Positions 13,405 through 25,336 of a stretch of 64,000 bases of DNA are shown piece by piece. The notes beneath the pieces are model-generated. The model did no database searches, was not told the DNA's origin, and saw nothing but the letters and a program-made list of their open reading frames with translations. Each line of letters starts with the position of its first letter. Within the stretch, counting starts at the first letter, position 1. The position numbers were made by a program, and so were the translations under genes. Source of the DNA: Chrysomallon squamiferum. Lineage: Eukaryota > Animalia > Mollusca. The stretch is from contig CM022674.1 in assembly GCA_012295275.1 (NCBI GenBank), positions 6,138,001 to 6,202,000 of the forward strand. Direction: 5' to 3'.

Positions 13405-14888
13405 CTCTCCCAAAAAAGAAACGCAAAATGGTTGATTTGTTAAATAACTATTGTAAACTGACACATATCAATGTACAAATTATGAATATAATGACATTTG
13501 GTAAGTCAAACGTATAGCTTTTGTTACAGTCGCCAAAAAGCAGGTAACACAAAATAAAGGCTATGATCGTGTTTATTAGCCAAAACGTCCCCACATGCAA
13601 ACCACGTTACCAGTGCACGTGCGGCACAAGAAACTTGAATAAGAGGGTTATAAAAATCCCAAGTTTTCGAAAACTTCTGTTCGTTATTTTTGTTCTGACC
13701 CAACATCAAACAAATGCCACGACTGAGTGAACCGCAACGAAACAACGTCATCGGCCGTTTACAAGCTGGCGAATCCTTCTCGGCCGCAGCACGGGTGTTC
13801 TATGTATGCCCCAAGAACCATCTTGAGATTGTGACATCGGTTCCAGCAACACCAAAAATACGTGACCGTCCCAGATCAGGTAGACCACGTGTAACCACCA
13901 GGGCCCAGGACCGCTACATACGGGTACTTCATCTACGGGAAAGAACCATCACGGCTACCTCTGCTGCTTCAGCAATACCAGGTCTGCGTAGAATATCGGC
14001 TCAGACAGTGCGCAATCGTTTACGCGAGGCAGGTATTCGAGCCAGATGGCCTGTAAGAAGAGTGGTTTTGAATCAACAAAATCATCGATTACGACGTCAG
14101 TGGTGTCACGTGCACAGAGTCTGACCTCAGCTACGATGGAGAACTGCCTGGTTTAGTGACGAGGCTCGATTTCTGCTTCGTCGAGCTGATGGAAGATGTC
14201 GAGTTTACAGATGTCGTGGTGAATGTTTTGCTTCAAACTGCATACAGGAAGCAGACAGATTTGGCGGTGGTAGTGTGATGGTGTGGGCAGCAATCTCATA
14301 CACTGGCAGGACCAACCTGGTTCACATCCAAGGCAACATAACGGCACAGAAATACCGAGATGAAATTTTGCAGCCACATGTCGCTCCAATTATGAATAAT
14401 GGTAACGCTGTATTCCAGCATGACAATGCGAGACCACATACAGCCAGACTCACAACAGCGTACCTACACAACACTAACATTCAGGTCCTGTCCTGGCCCT
14501 CTAAATCTTCGGATTTGAACCCTATAGAGCATTTATGGGACGAGTTGGACAGACGACTGAGGCAGCATCAACCATAGCCACCGAATCGTGCTCAGTTGGC
14601 ATTATTACTACATACAGAGTGGGCCACCATTACTCAAGGTGTAATTCGTAATGTGATTACTGCCATGGGAAGGAGATGTCAGGCAGTTCTGGACTCCCAT
14701 GGTGGGTACACAAAGAATTGATATTATACTGTTATAACCTTGAACTTTAACCTTTTCAATGTAGTACCATCAATATTAATTGCGAAAGTGTGTGTAAAAT
14801 GTGAACATTCTGCTGCTTTCTGTTGATCCATTAGATGGTAATTCCCAATGTCAATAAAATCTACTTTTGCGTTTCTTTTTTGGGAGAG
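13405..14888 (+). mobile_element. Tc1/mariner (DD34E) DNA transposon, full length but defective
   Basis: Perfect 24-bp TIRs CTCTCCCAAAAAAGAAACGCAAAA (13405-13428; reverse complement 14865-14888) flanked by TA on both sides; ~1.48 kb. Confidence 0.95.
13714..14721 (+). pseudogene. Tc1-family transposase with frameshift and stops
   Basis: MPRLSEPQRNNVIGRL...RPRSGRPRVTT (paired-like HTH plus GRPR), FSDEARF, FQHDNARPH...SSDLNPIEHLW with 34 residues between the second D and the E; apparent frameshift near 13811, stops at 14122 and 14575. Confidence 0.92.
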
Positions 14889-14952
<64 letters not shown>

Positions 14953-15039
14953 TACATACCATGTCTTTTTATTTATAAGGCATATTTATGTTTTTTCACT
15001 TTCTGACTGTAGCTCAATGAATCTATAAAAAAACAGATT

Positions 15040-15200
15040 GGATCCATGAAAAAGTGGATCTCTGTGACGTACGCTGATATTTTTGATAGCTGGAATAAAC
15101 GTGATGAGAACTTAGCAGCTGCTGTAGATGTCCGTGACACACAAACCCACCAATCCACGTGGATGAGAGGTGAATAGGTTGACTGACCTGTAAACATATA
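15040..15200 (-). pseudogene. Degenerate exon 4 of the double-CBM2 gene (internal deletion)
   Basis: Reverse strand reads 'tttacag GTCAGTCAACCTATTCACCTCTCATCCACGTGGATTGGTGGGTTTGTGTGTCAC...ATATCAGC gtacgt', with part of the exon missing. Confidence 0.8.
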
Positions 15201-15356
15201 TTAACAAGTAAGTGTTAAGTAAGGGAGTAAATGAAAGTGAAATAAAAATAATAAATAAATAAATGATAATTTGAGCGAGTCAGAAAAAACAAAGGAAGAA
15301 AGAAAGATAATAATAATAAATACATATTTTGCTATTACTATATAAAATAACTTTCA

Positions 15357-15430
15357 GCTTTGTCCAGTAATGTCGCCGAATAAGATGCATCTGATATAGA
15401 GAATAAACCATTACAAAGTAATCACAGTAG
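15357..15430 (-). pseudogene. Orphan fragment of GH9 exon 7 plus its upstream intron
   Basis: 'agctttgtccagtaatgtcgccgaataagatgcatctga...aataaaccatta' nearly matches 63042-63090 and 52935-52990 (encodes D[11 protein letters not shown]). Confidence 0.85.
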
Positions 15431-16569
15431 TGCTAGTGGTTGTCATTATCTTTGTTGTTGTGGCAGTAGTTGTTATCGTAGTTGCAATAATAGTAATCAC
15501 AGCAATAGTAGTAACAGCTGTGGTAGTGATGGTCGTAGTGGCAGTAGTATTAAAAGTACTGGTAAAAGTAATCGTAGTAGTAGTACAGTCATCCTCTATC
15601 CGGTTAATATTTCAGAAAACAGATTCCTATGCAAACGATCATTAAAAATGACTCTAAAATAAACAAAGAAGAACCGATCTTGTCTACGATCGTTAAATCT
15701 GTGTAAATCATCAATGAAACAAAGTTCCATATTGCGTTATATTTCGTGAAAAATCTAGCAATGTCATGCTAAATAGCAAAAACACAAGAAGCAAACTGGT
15801 GGGCTGAAACCATCATGGGGCAGTGTAATCTGCGGTCTTAATGGCGTATTTTTCTTTAATATAAATACAGAAGTTAAACTTATATTAACGTAATTACTTG
15901 ATTCTTCCGTGAACGATTCCTTCTTTAAATAGGATTCAACTGACTCCGTATTTTATCTCCGGTTTCTTCAAAAGTGTAATTAACTTAGCCGCGTTTATTT
16001 ATTTTTTTTTTTTATATTATTACTAAATATTTTCCGTATATATATATATATATATATATAAAAAAAAAAAAAAAAAAAAAATTAAATTCAAATTGCACTC
16101 TTGTTGATGTGTTATTTATCTGGTGGATACTGTCATGATTTAAAATTTACCAATCCCTGTTATAGTGTTTTAAACCCCTAGACGTGATAAGAAGCACCTT
16201 AGACACTGGCACAGTAATACAAGTATAACAATAAAACCTTCAGTGAATCTGTAACCTATAAACAAGTATATACACACAGAAACGCACACAGAGGCAAGTA
16301 TACTGAAACACACAGGAAGAGCTGTAGATTGATATGCATATTTTATGGGACAACGTTGCATACTCTGATGTTATCACCATTTTAATTACCGGTCCTTTGC
16401 ATAAAACTTTAGCGTTATCTTTGTATATATCATTCAGAGAATTTTGAAATAACCCATAAATAAAACTCACAAACATTTGTTTCATGCTGTGATCTGTCCA
16501 AGCTTACATATCTACATACATGGATATATATATATATATATATATATTTTATGCATGTATGTATGTACG

Positions 16570-16680
16570 TAGAGAAACATTGCAAACAGACACACAGACA
16601 ACGCGCGGTCGCTCTTAGTTAAGAAAATAAATTAAAGAATGTTCTTTTCATGGACAGAATAGCAGATGCTGGTATGAATG
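16570..16680 (+). pseudogene. Degenerate exon 1 of the double-CBM2 gene (no ATG, altered donor)
   Basis: 'agagaaacattgcaaacagac...gctcttagttaag...atggacagaatagcagatgctggtatgaatg' matches the exon-1/intron-1 junction of intact copies. Confidence 0.7.
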
Positions 16681-16948
16681 AATGCTTGTATATTGGTATT
16701 ACTTCACCTACTTCTACTACTACTACTACTACTATTACTACTATTGCTACTACTACTACTACTACTTCAATTACTACTATTACTAATACAGCTGATGCTG
16801 CTGGTGCTACTACTATTGCTATTACTGCTACTCTGCTACTACTGTTGCTACTATTACTACTAATATTTATCGCATTACTACTACTACTACTATTACTAGT
16901 ACTAAATCTGTTGATGTTGCCACTAATCATAACAACAATACTAATCTG

Positions 16949-17003
<55 letters not shown>

Positions 17004-17291
17004 GCACTACAAATCATTTTATTCTTTATTAAATATATATAAAATCATACTACTATTACTACAACAACAACTACTACTACTACTACTACTACTACCACTG
17101 CTACTACTACTAGTACTACTAGTGCTATGAGTATTATGACAATGATTACTATATCCGCCTCTTTTGCCGTTACTATTAACACTCCTACTACCATTATTAC
17201 TACTACTTCTACTACTACTACAACAACTACTACTACTACTACTTCTACTACTGCTACTACTACTTCTACTACTACTACTACTACTACTACT

Positions 17292-17329
<38 letters not shown>

Positions 17330-17652
17330 GTGAGTACTATGACAGTGATTTCTGCATCCGCCTCTATTGCTACTACTGCTATTTCTACTACCATTACTAC
17401 TACTACTTCTGCTATTACTCCTACTACTACTACTACTAATAATAATATAATTGCAGTGATAATAATAAAATAATGTTGATAAATAATGTTGATGAAATAT
17501 GCTAATAATGATACTGATAATATAGTAATGATAATTAAAAAATAACTATGAAACTAATGGTACTGTTGATGGTACTGTTTGTAATAATAACGATGATGAT
17601 TTGTGATGATGTTAATGAACAACTCTCCGTACTTTAACTCAGGTTTCTTAAA

Positions 17653-17658
<6 letters not shown>

Positions 17659-17734
<76 letters not shown>

Positions 17735-17742
17735 GAGAGAGA

Positions 17743-17840
<98 letters not shown>

Positions 17841-17849
17841 AGAGAGTCC

Positions 17850-17910
<61 letters not shown>
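17659..17910. repeat. (GA)n microsatellite
   Basis: ~250 bp nearly pure GA run; corresponds to the (CT)n tract that follows exon 2 in intact copies. Confidence 0.95.
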
Positions 17911-17912
<2 letters not shown>

Positions 17913-17959
17913 CAGAATCCAAAGGGGGAATTACAAAAGTGGCAGACAACTCTGTAATA

Positions 17960-18990
17960 ACCTGCAGTGACTCTACTTTGGGTTTAAACTGAAGCTCAGC
18001 TTTCCAGGACTAGAAATACAAAACCTTCAGCGACAACACCAGAAATATTGCATATGTTATTAATCTGTAACAGAAGAAGGAGAACTAATAGTAGTAGTGG
18101 TGGTAATAGTAATAGTAGCAGCAGTACAGTAGTAGTAGCAGCAACAGCAGTAGTAGTAGTAGTAGCAGCAGCAGTAGCAGAATCAGCAGTAGTAGTAACA
18201 GCAATAGCAGGGGTGGTAGAGGTAGCAGTAGTAGTGGTCTAGTAACAGTGGTAGTAAAATTTCGCAATATATCTATTTAAAAGATCTGTAAATGAGGTAG
18301 TAGCGATAGTAGTGGTAGTGGTGGTGCTGTTAGTAGCAGCAGTAGTAGTAGTAACATTAGTAGTATAGGTGCTTGTGGTAGTAGTAGTAGTGATTTGATT
18401 TTATATATATTTACTAACGAATGTAATTATTAATAGTGGCAAAAATCAGATTAGTATTGTTATTATTAGTAGTAATAGTAGCAGTAGTAGCAACATCAGC
18501 AGTTTTGATAGTAGTAGTAGTAGCCGCAACAACAACAACATTATTATTATTATTATTATTATTGACTACTACTGCTAGTAGTAGTAGGAGTAGTAGAAGA
18601 AGAAGTAGTATTAGCAGTAGTAGGAGTATTAGTAGCTTTAATAATTTTTATATCTATTTAATAAAGATTAGAATTACTAATAATATGAGAAATAAGTAGT
18701 AGCTGAATTAATAACAGAAATAATAATTTTCATTTTATATCTATTTAATAAAGGATAAAATTATTTCCATCCATCTGTCTACTTATTACATCTATTCAGT
18801 TTGTCAGTTGAACGAGTCACAAAAGTATCCACGCATACATCAGTCTGTCTGTATAGCTAACCCAAACGTCCTGCCCATAATGGAAACATACATTCATACC
18901 AGCATCTGTCATTCTGTCCATAAAAAACACTTTTTAATCAGTTCACTTACCCAAGAGCGTACGCGCGTGTGTCTGTGCGTTCGTACACGC
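17960..18990 (-). pseudogene. Double-CBM2 gene fragment: exon 1 (ATG changed to GTG) plus internally deleted exon 2
   Basis: Exon-1 homolog ~18950-18990 with gtaagt donor; exon-2 homolog ~17962-18063 ('ttacag ATTAATAACATATGCAATATTTCTGG...CTGCAG gttatt') missing its middle. Confidence 0.75.
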
Positions 18991-19393
18991 CTGCGTGTGT
19001 GTGTATGTAAGTAATTAACCTAATTACGTTCTATTCAACTTATCTCTACGTATTTACCATTGCGAAAAAAAAAAAAAAAATCTAATTATATAAATAAATA
19101 AAAATGAAATGACTGTGCACCTGTTTTCAAGAAATATAAACTAAAGCATTTGATATTTTGGTGTGTATGTGCGTTCCCGTAAGTGCGATTGTCTCTGTGT
19201 GTGTTCAGAGTCACATTTATATGTTCATATATGAATTATTTATATTTGTAATACCTACATGCGGCAAACCAATTATTATTAATATTATTTTTTGTATACC
19301 ATATCATTATGCTAAATAACGTGTCATTGTTGAAAAGGAATTGAAACATTCAGTTACAATTATTAATATTCATTTATTTACTCGTGTTTTCAG

Positions 19394-19598
19394 AAGTGTT
19401 GGTGTTGCTTTATGAAGACGTTTCAGCACAACAACGTCACCATAACGAACACCGTAAACGACGGTACCGTCAAAACCCGAAATGACAGATGTGTAGTGTT
19501 TGCTGGTGTTTGTTGGTGAAACGAAAGAGCAGGTCCCATTCACTAAGGACATGTTGTCTATAATGTCCGCGTTCACTTCAGCAGGTACTTGTGACTAG
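19394..19598 (+). pseudogene. Isolated exon 5 of the double-CBM2 gene with a 10-nt duplication frameshift
   Basis: 205 nt versus 195 in intact copies; 'gtgtttgctg gtgtttgttg' duplication leads to TGA; no exon 4 immediately upstream. Confidence 0.85.
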
Positions 19599-20859
19599 AT
19601 GTTTACAGTACTATGACACGGACTGGTAAATTTTAAATTGTGACAGTAAAATATATCTACTAGATAAATAACATCAGCTTGAGTTATTTATTTACATACA
19701 GAAGATATTTTGTAATAATACGAAAGAAAATAAACATAAGTAAATGATTTATTACTGCAGTTAAATTATAATTAGTAGTAGTAGTAGAAGTAGTAGTATT
19801 AATGGTACTAGAAACACCAGTAGTAGCAATAGAGGTGGTTGTAGTAATCATTGTCATAGTACTCATAGCAGCAGCAGCAGCAGTAGGAGTAGGAGTAGTA
19901 GTAGAAGTAGTAGTAGTGGTTGCAGCAGCAACAACAGCAGTCAGAACTTTAGTAGGAGGATCAAAAGAAGCAGAAGCAGTAATAGTAATAGTAATAATTT
20001 CAGCAGTATAAGCAGTAGTAAGAAGAGTAGTAGTAGACGAAGCAGTAGTCATAGTAGTAGTCGTATAGAATATGTCCGTGCTGTGTTGAATTATAGAATA
20101 TAAATAGCATTCATATATACTTAAATTATGTGAAATGTTAAAGATGTAACAGATTAGTGCTTTCACAATTTCATTAATTTATTATTATCACTCCAGTTGT
20201 ACGGTTATTTTTAGTTGTAGTAGCATTTGTAGTAGTAGTTGTAGTAGTAATAGAAAAATAAAATAAAATAAAACAAAACTATCAGCATAATCAAAAGTGA
20301 AAGCGATAATGCTGGTGGAAAGTATAAACGTATCACAGTAGAGATTAAGAAAGAAATAATTGAAAAACATGAGAGTGACGTTCGTGTGTCTGACATCGGT
20401 TCGGTTTACGAAGGTTCCACTGTATATTATTACAAAAACTCAAACTGCACTGTTGTTGATGTGTTAATTTTCTGATCGATATAATTTTACTGTCATGATT
20501 TAAAATTTACCAATCCCTGTCATAGTGTTCTAAACCCCTAGACATGACAAGGAGCACCTTAGACACTGGCACAGTGGTACAAGTACAACAATAAAACCTT
20601 CAGTGAATCTATAAGCTATAAGAAAGTAGATATACACACACAGACGCACACATACACAGAAAGACACAGGAAGAGTTGTAGATTTGTATATTTTATGAGA
20701 CAACGTTGCATACTCTGATGTTATGAACATATTATTTCCCGGTCATTTACATAAAACCTTAGCATTATCTTTGTACATATATATATACATTAATAAAACT
20801 CACAAACATCTGTATATGCATACATGTATCCATATACATAGAGAAACATTGTATCAAAC

Positions 20860-22577
20860 ATGTACAAACACACAGTCGAACGCACGCGCGCTTTTAGGTA
20901 AGTAAATGAATTATAGAATAATTTTTATGGACAGAGTAAGAGATGGTGATATGAATGTATGTTTGCATCACGGGCAGGACGTTTGGGGTAGCTATACAGA
21001 CAGACAGATGTATGCATGGATACTTTCCTAACTCGATCAGTTGAAAAACTGAACAGATGTAATAAGTGGACAGATGGATGGAAATAATCAAATCCTTTAT
21101 TAAATTATTATTAATACTACTAACCAAACTACTACTTCTTTTACACATTGTTAATAATTGTAATCTTTAGTAAATATATATAAAATGAAATTATTACTAC
21201 TACTAATTCAGCTACTACTTCTGTTAAATGTTATTAAGTTATATTCTGTATTAAACAAATATAAAATAATGCTACTTCTACTACTACTTCTAATCTTACT
21301 TCTAGTACTACTTCTAATCTTACTTCTAGTACTACTTCTACTACTACTTCTAGTACTATTAGTAATAGAAATGATGCTGCTGATGCTACTACTATTGCTG
21401 CTACTTCTACTCATTTACACACTTCTGTTATTGCTACTATTGGTACCCTGGTGATGCGGCTACTGTTACTAGTGTTGGTGTTGGCAATTATTACTACCAC
21501 TGTTGCCAGTACTCCTCTTGTTGTTACTATTGGTACTATTGCAATTACTGCTGCTACTATTACTACTAAGAAAATGTTAATCGTACTACTACTACAACAA
21601 CAACTACTACTGCTACTACTACTACTACTACTATATTACTACTGTTACTCATTTACTAATGTTATTCTTTATAAAATATATATAAAATCCAATCACTACT
21701 ACTACCACCACTACTACTACTACTAATACTACTACTTCCACTACTACTACTACTGCTACTACTACTACTTCCACTACTACTACTACTGCTGCTACTACTA
21801 CTTCCACTACTACTACTACTACTAGGACTATTGGTACTACTACTACTACTACTACTACTAGCACTATTGGTAGTATTACTACTACTAATTTTATTCTTTA
21901 TTAAATATATATAAAATAAAAGTATTACTATTAATACAAGCAGAACTACTACAACTACTACCATATGCAGAACTACTAGTACTGCAACTACTACTACCAC
22001 TACTACTACTGTTTTACACACTACTACTAATTTTACTGTTTATTACATATATATAAATCAAATAATTACTACTACCACAAGCAGAACTTCCACTACTAGT
22101 ACTACCACTATCATTATCACTGCTACTACTTCTTTTACAGATTACTAATAATTCTATCTGACACTAAACAGATATATGGTTAAATTGTTATTATCATTAC
22201 TATTACTACTATCACTACTATTACAACAAGCACTATTACTACTACTACTACTACAGCAACAAGCATTACTACTGTTGCTACTGCTACTGTCATTGCTGTT
22301 ATTACTAACACTACTGCTACTACTACTTCTTCTTTTGCAGATTAATAGCATATGCAGCAATTCTGCTATTGTCGCAGAAGACGTCAACGACGTTGCTGAA
22401 AGTTATCAATATGTGGAACGGCGGCTACGTGGCTGAGATTTGTATTACTAGTGCAGCAAATACAACGCGTGGCTGGACAGCTCAGCTTGAGTTCAAACCC
22501 AAAATAGATAGACTGGAGGTTATTATAGAGTTGTCTGCCCTTTTCTATTTCTGCGTGTCCTGTATTCTTGCTCAACT

Positions 22578-22649
<72 letters not shown>

Positions 22650-24100
22650 GTCTTCTCTCTCTCCATATAAAAGATTTTAATTCGTTTATTATTATGTATG
22701 TAGATAAGTCTAAGTCTAAATATATGGATGTATGTGTATGAGTATGTGTTCACACACAGACACATACACCACAATCGTTTAAAAAAAGAAAGGAAACAAA
22801 ATAAGACCTGAACTGAAAATAAATTTATGTGCCTTACGAAAAACATTAACCAGAATATTCTATTTGTGTCGTAACCCAAAACAAAAAATGTATTTCTGTA
22901 TTTCTTTATTCAGGAGGTCTGGGATGCAGATGTTAAATTTACAAAGGAACTGGATTCTTCCTCACAGTTTATTGTGCACAACAGAAAGAACAGTGCGGTC
23001 CTACACGCCGGACAAGACCGGTGTTTCATTTTTACGGGGTGGACTCACAGCACTGAACAGTTTCATAAAAATGACATCAGCGTGACGGCTCGTTTTGTAG
23101 ACATATGCCACTCTACGAAGTCAGATACCAGCAGTAGTACTCGTTAGTCTTTCATTATATTTCTTTTTGTTCTTTTTTCTTCTTTCTTTCTTTCTTTCTT
23201 TCTTTCTTGAATAAAATGATTTTATTTTGTTTTATTTTATATTATTTTCATTTACTACATTACTTACCACTTACTTACCACTTACTTACCACTTACATAT
23301 CACTTACCACTTACTTACCACTTACTTACCACTTACATATCACTTACCACTTACTTACCACTTACTTACCACTTACTTACCACTTACATATCACTTACTT
23401 ACCACTTACTTACTGATGTATAGTTTTAGGTCACACTGTCTACCACTTCTCATCCTCGTGGACTGGTGGGTTTGTGTGTTACGTGTGCCTGGAACCCAGC
23501 ACGGACATCTGCGGCGGCTGGGAGGCTGTCATCAAGTTTAGTCCACCTATCAAAGGAATCGAGGTACGTTACAGAGATCCACTCTTTTCATGGATCCAGT
23601 CTTTTTATAGATTCATTAATCTCCAGTCTGAATTTCAAAAAAAAAAAAAAAAAAAAAAAGACCCCTCCCAACAGAACAGTAATCAACTATAAAACAGAAA
23701 AGCTGATATACTGACAAAGAAGCATATCATATCTATAAATATATCGTCACAAATAGAAAGATATAGTATAGTATATGTGTGTGCGTGTGTATATATATAT
23801 ATATACATCTTAGATCATTATGCTAAATAACAGGTCAGTGTTGAAAAGGAATTGAAACAGTCATTAACAAATACTAATACTCAATTATTTACTCGTTTTT
23901 TTCAGAGTCTCTGGGGTGGCGTTTTGAAGAACTTTCAGAACAGCAGCGTCACCGTTACAAACACCGTAAACGACCGTAAGATCGCGGCCAAACATAAGAA
24001 ATGTGTTGGGTTTCTTGGTGTTACTCGTGAGCAGGTCCAGTTCACTGAGGACATGTTGTCCATTACTGCCGGCTTCACTTCAGCAGGTTCTTGTGACTAG
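20860..24100 (+). CDS. Secreted double-CBM2-like protein, copy C (256-257 aa, intact)
   Basis: Exons 20860-20897, 22341-22518, 22914 (or 22917; CAGGAG tandem acceptor)-23142, 23430-23563, 23906-24100; phases 2,0,1,0; 774 nt open. MYKHTVERTRAFRLIAYAAILLLSQKTS...NMWNGGYVAEICITS...GWTAQLEFKPKIDRLE(E)VWDAD...DRCFIFTGW...DICH...SSWTGGFVCYVC...SLWGG...GSCD*. Confidence 0.85.
23260..23415 (+). repeat. ~11-bp tandem repeat (CACTTACTTAC/CACTTACATAT) in intron 3 of copy C
   Basis: Expanded from the one or two 'cttaccacttac' units found upstream of exon 4 in other copies. Confidence 0.85.
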
Positions 24101-25202
24101 ATGTTTACAACACTGTGACACTCATCGGTAAACTTTAAATTGTGACAGTAAAATGTATCGACTAGATAAACAAGACATCAACAAGAGTGCAGTTTGAGTT
24201 ATTTATTTATATAAGGAATATATATTGTTATAAGGTAACCAAAACTAAAAATAACACACAACTCAGTTAATTAGTTTTTTGAAAACCTGAGTTAAAATAC
24301 GGAGTCAGTTGAATCGTAGATAAAGACGGAATCGCTCGCGGGAGACTCAAGTAATTATGTTAACATTGGTTTAAATTATGTATTTATATAAAGCAACTAG
24401 GCCGTTAATGACTCATATTACACTGGCTATTGAAGGTATTAAAGGGTAAAGTTTCATCTTCTCTCACTTCACCTGCGTCTTCATCAATCGCAACCACGTG
24501 TTGTGCAACTGTCCTCTTGTCGCTTCTTCTTTTGGACCCGGAACCAGAAACTTGAACTTCGAGTCAAACCGCAATACCAGTAAATATCAGTTTGGTGCAG
24601 ACGTCGCTGTGAACCGCGGAATGAAAGAAAAACAGAAGCAGCTTGAGTCAATAAAATTCAGAGCTGTGTTAGTTGATCAGAAGAAAGTCGCCATATCTTG
24701 GCCGTTAATTAACGTAATTCTAAAACATGGTATATGTGGCTTTGTAAAATGGTATGTCTGGGTTGGAGAAACAAAAGGAGACAATAACCTTTGTCGATAT
24801 GGCTAGGGACACGCCACAGGCCAATGTAGTTTAAATAAATACCTTCGATATAGATAAATGAAATGAAGCACTTGAGTAGAAAGAGGTGTTTGCTGATGGC
24901 CCAACCATCAGAGCAATTGATCGGGTCCACTAACTCACCACTGAGGATGATCTCTGTGTCCCCTTCATTCTAGAGAATGAAAAAGAATAATGAAGAGATT
25001 AGTCATGCTTTTGCTTAATGTGGAATGAGCGCCATTTTATGTTAAATGCTAAAATGTAACATGCATCACCCACAGTTATGTAATAATATTTTTCTTCTAC
25101 ATTGTTTTCAAGATGAATTAAAACTGGTAGTCAAAACCCCCCCCACTAAAATAATAATAATAAAAATAAGAATAAATATAAATAAATAGATCAATAAACA
25201 AA

Positions 25203-25336
<134 letters not shown>

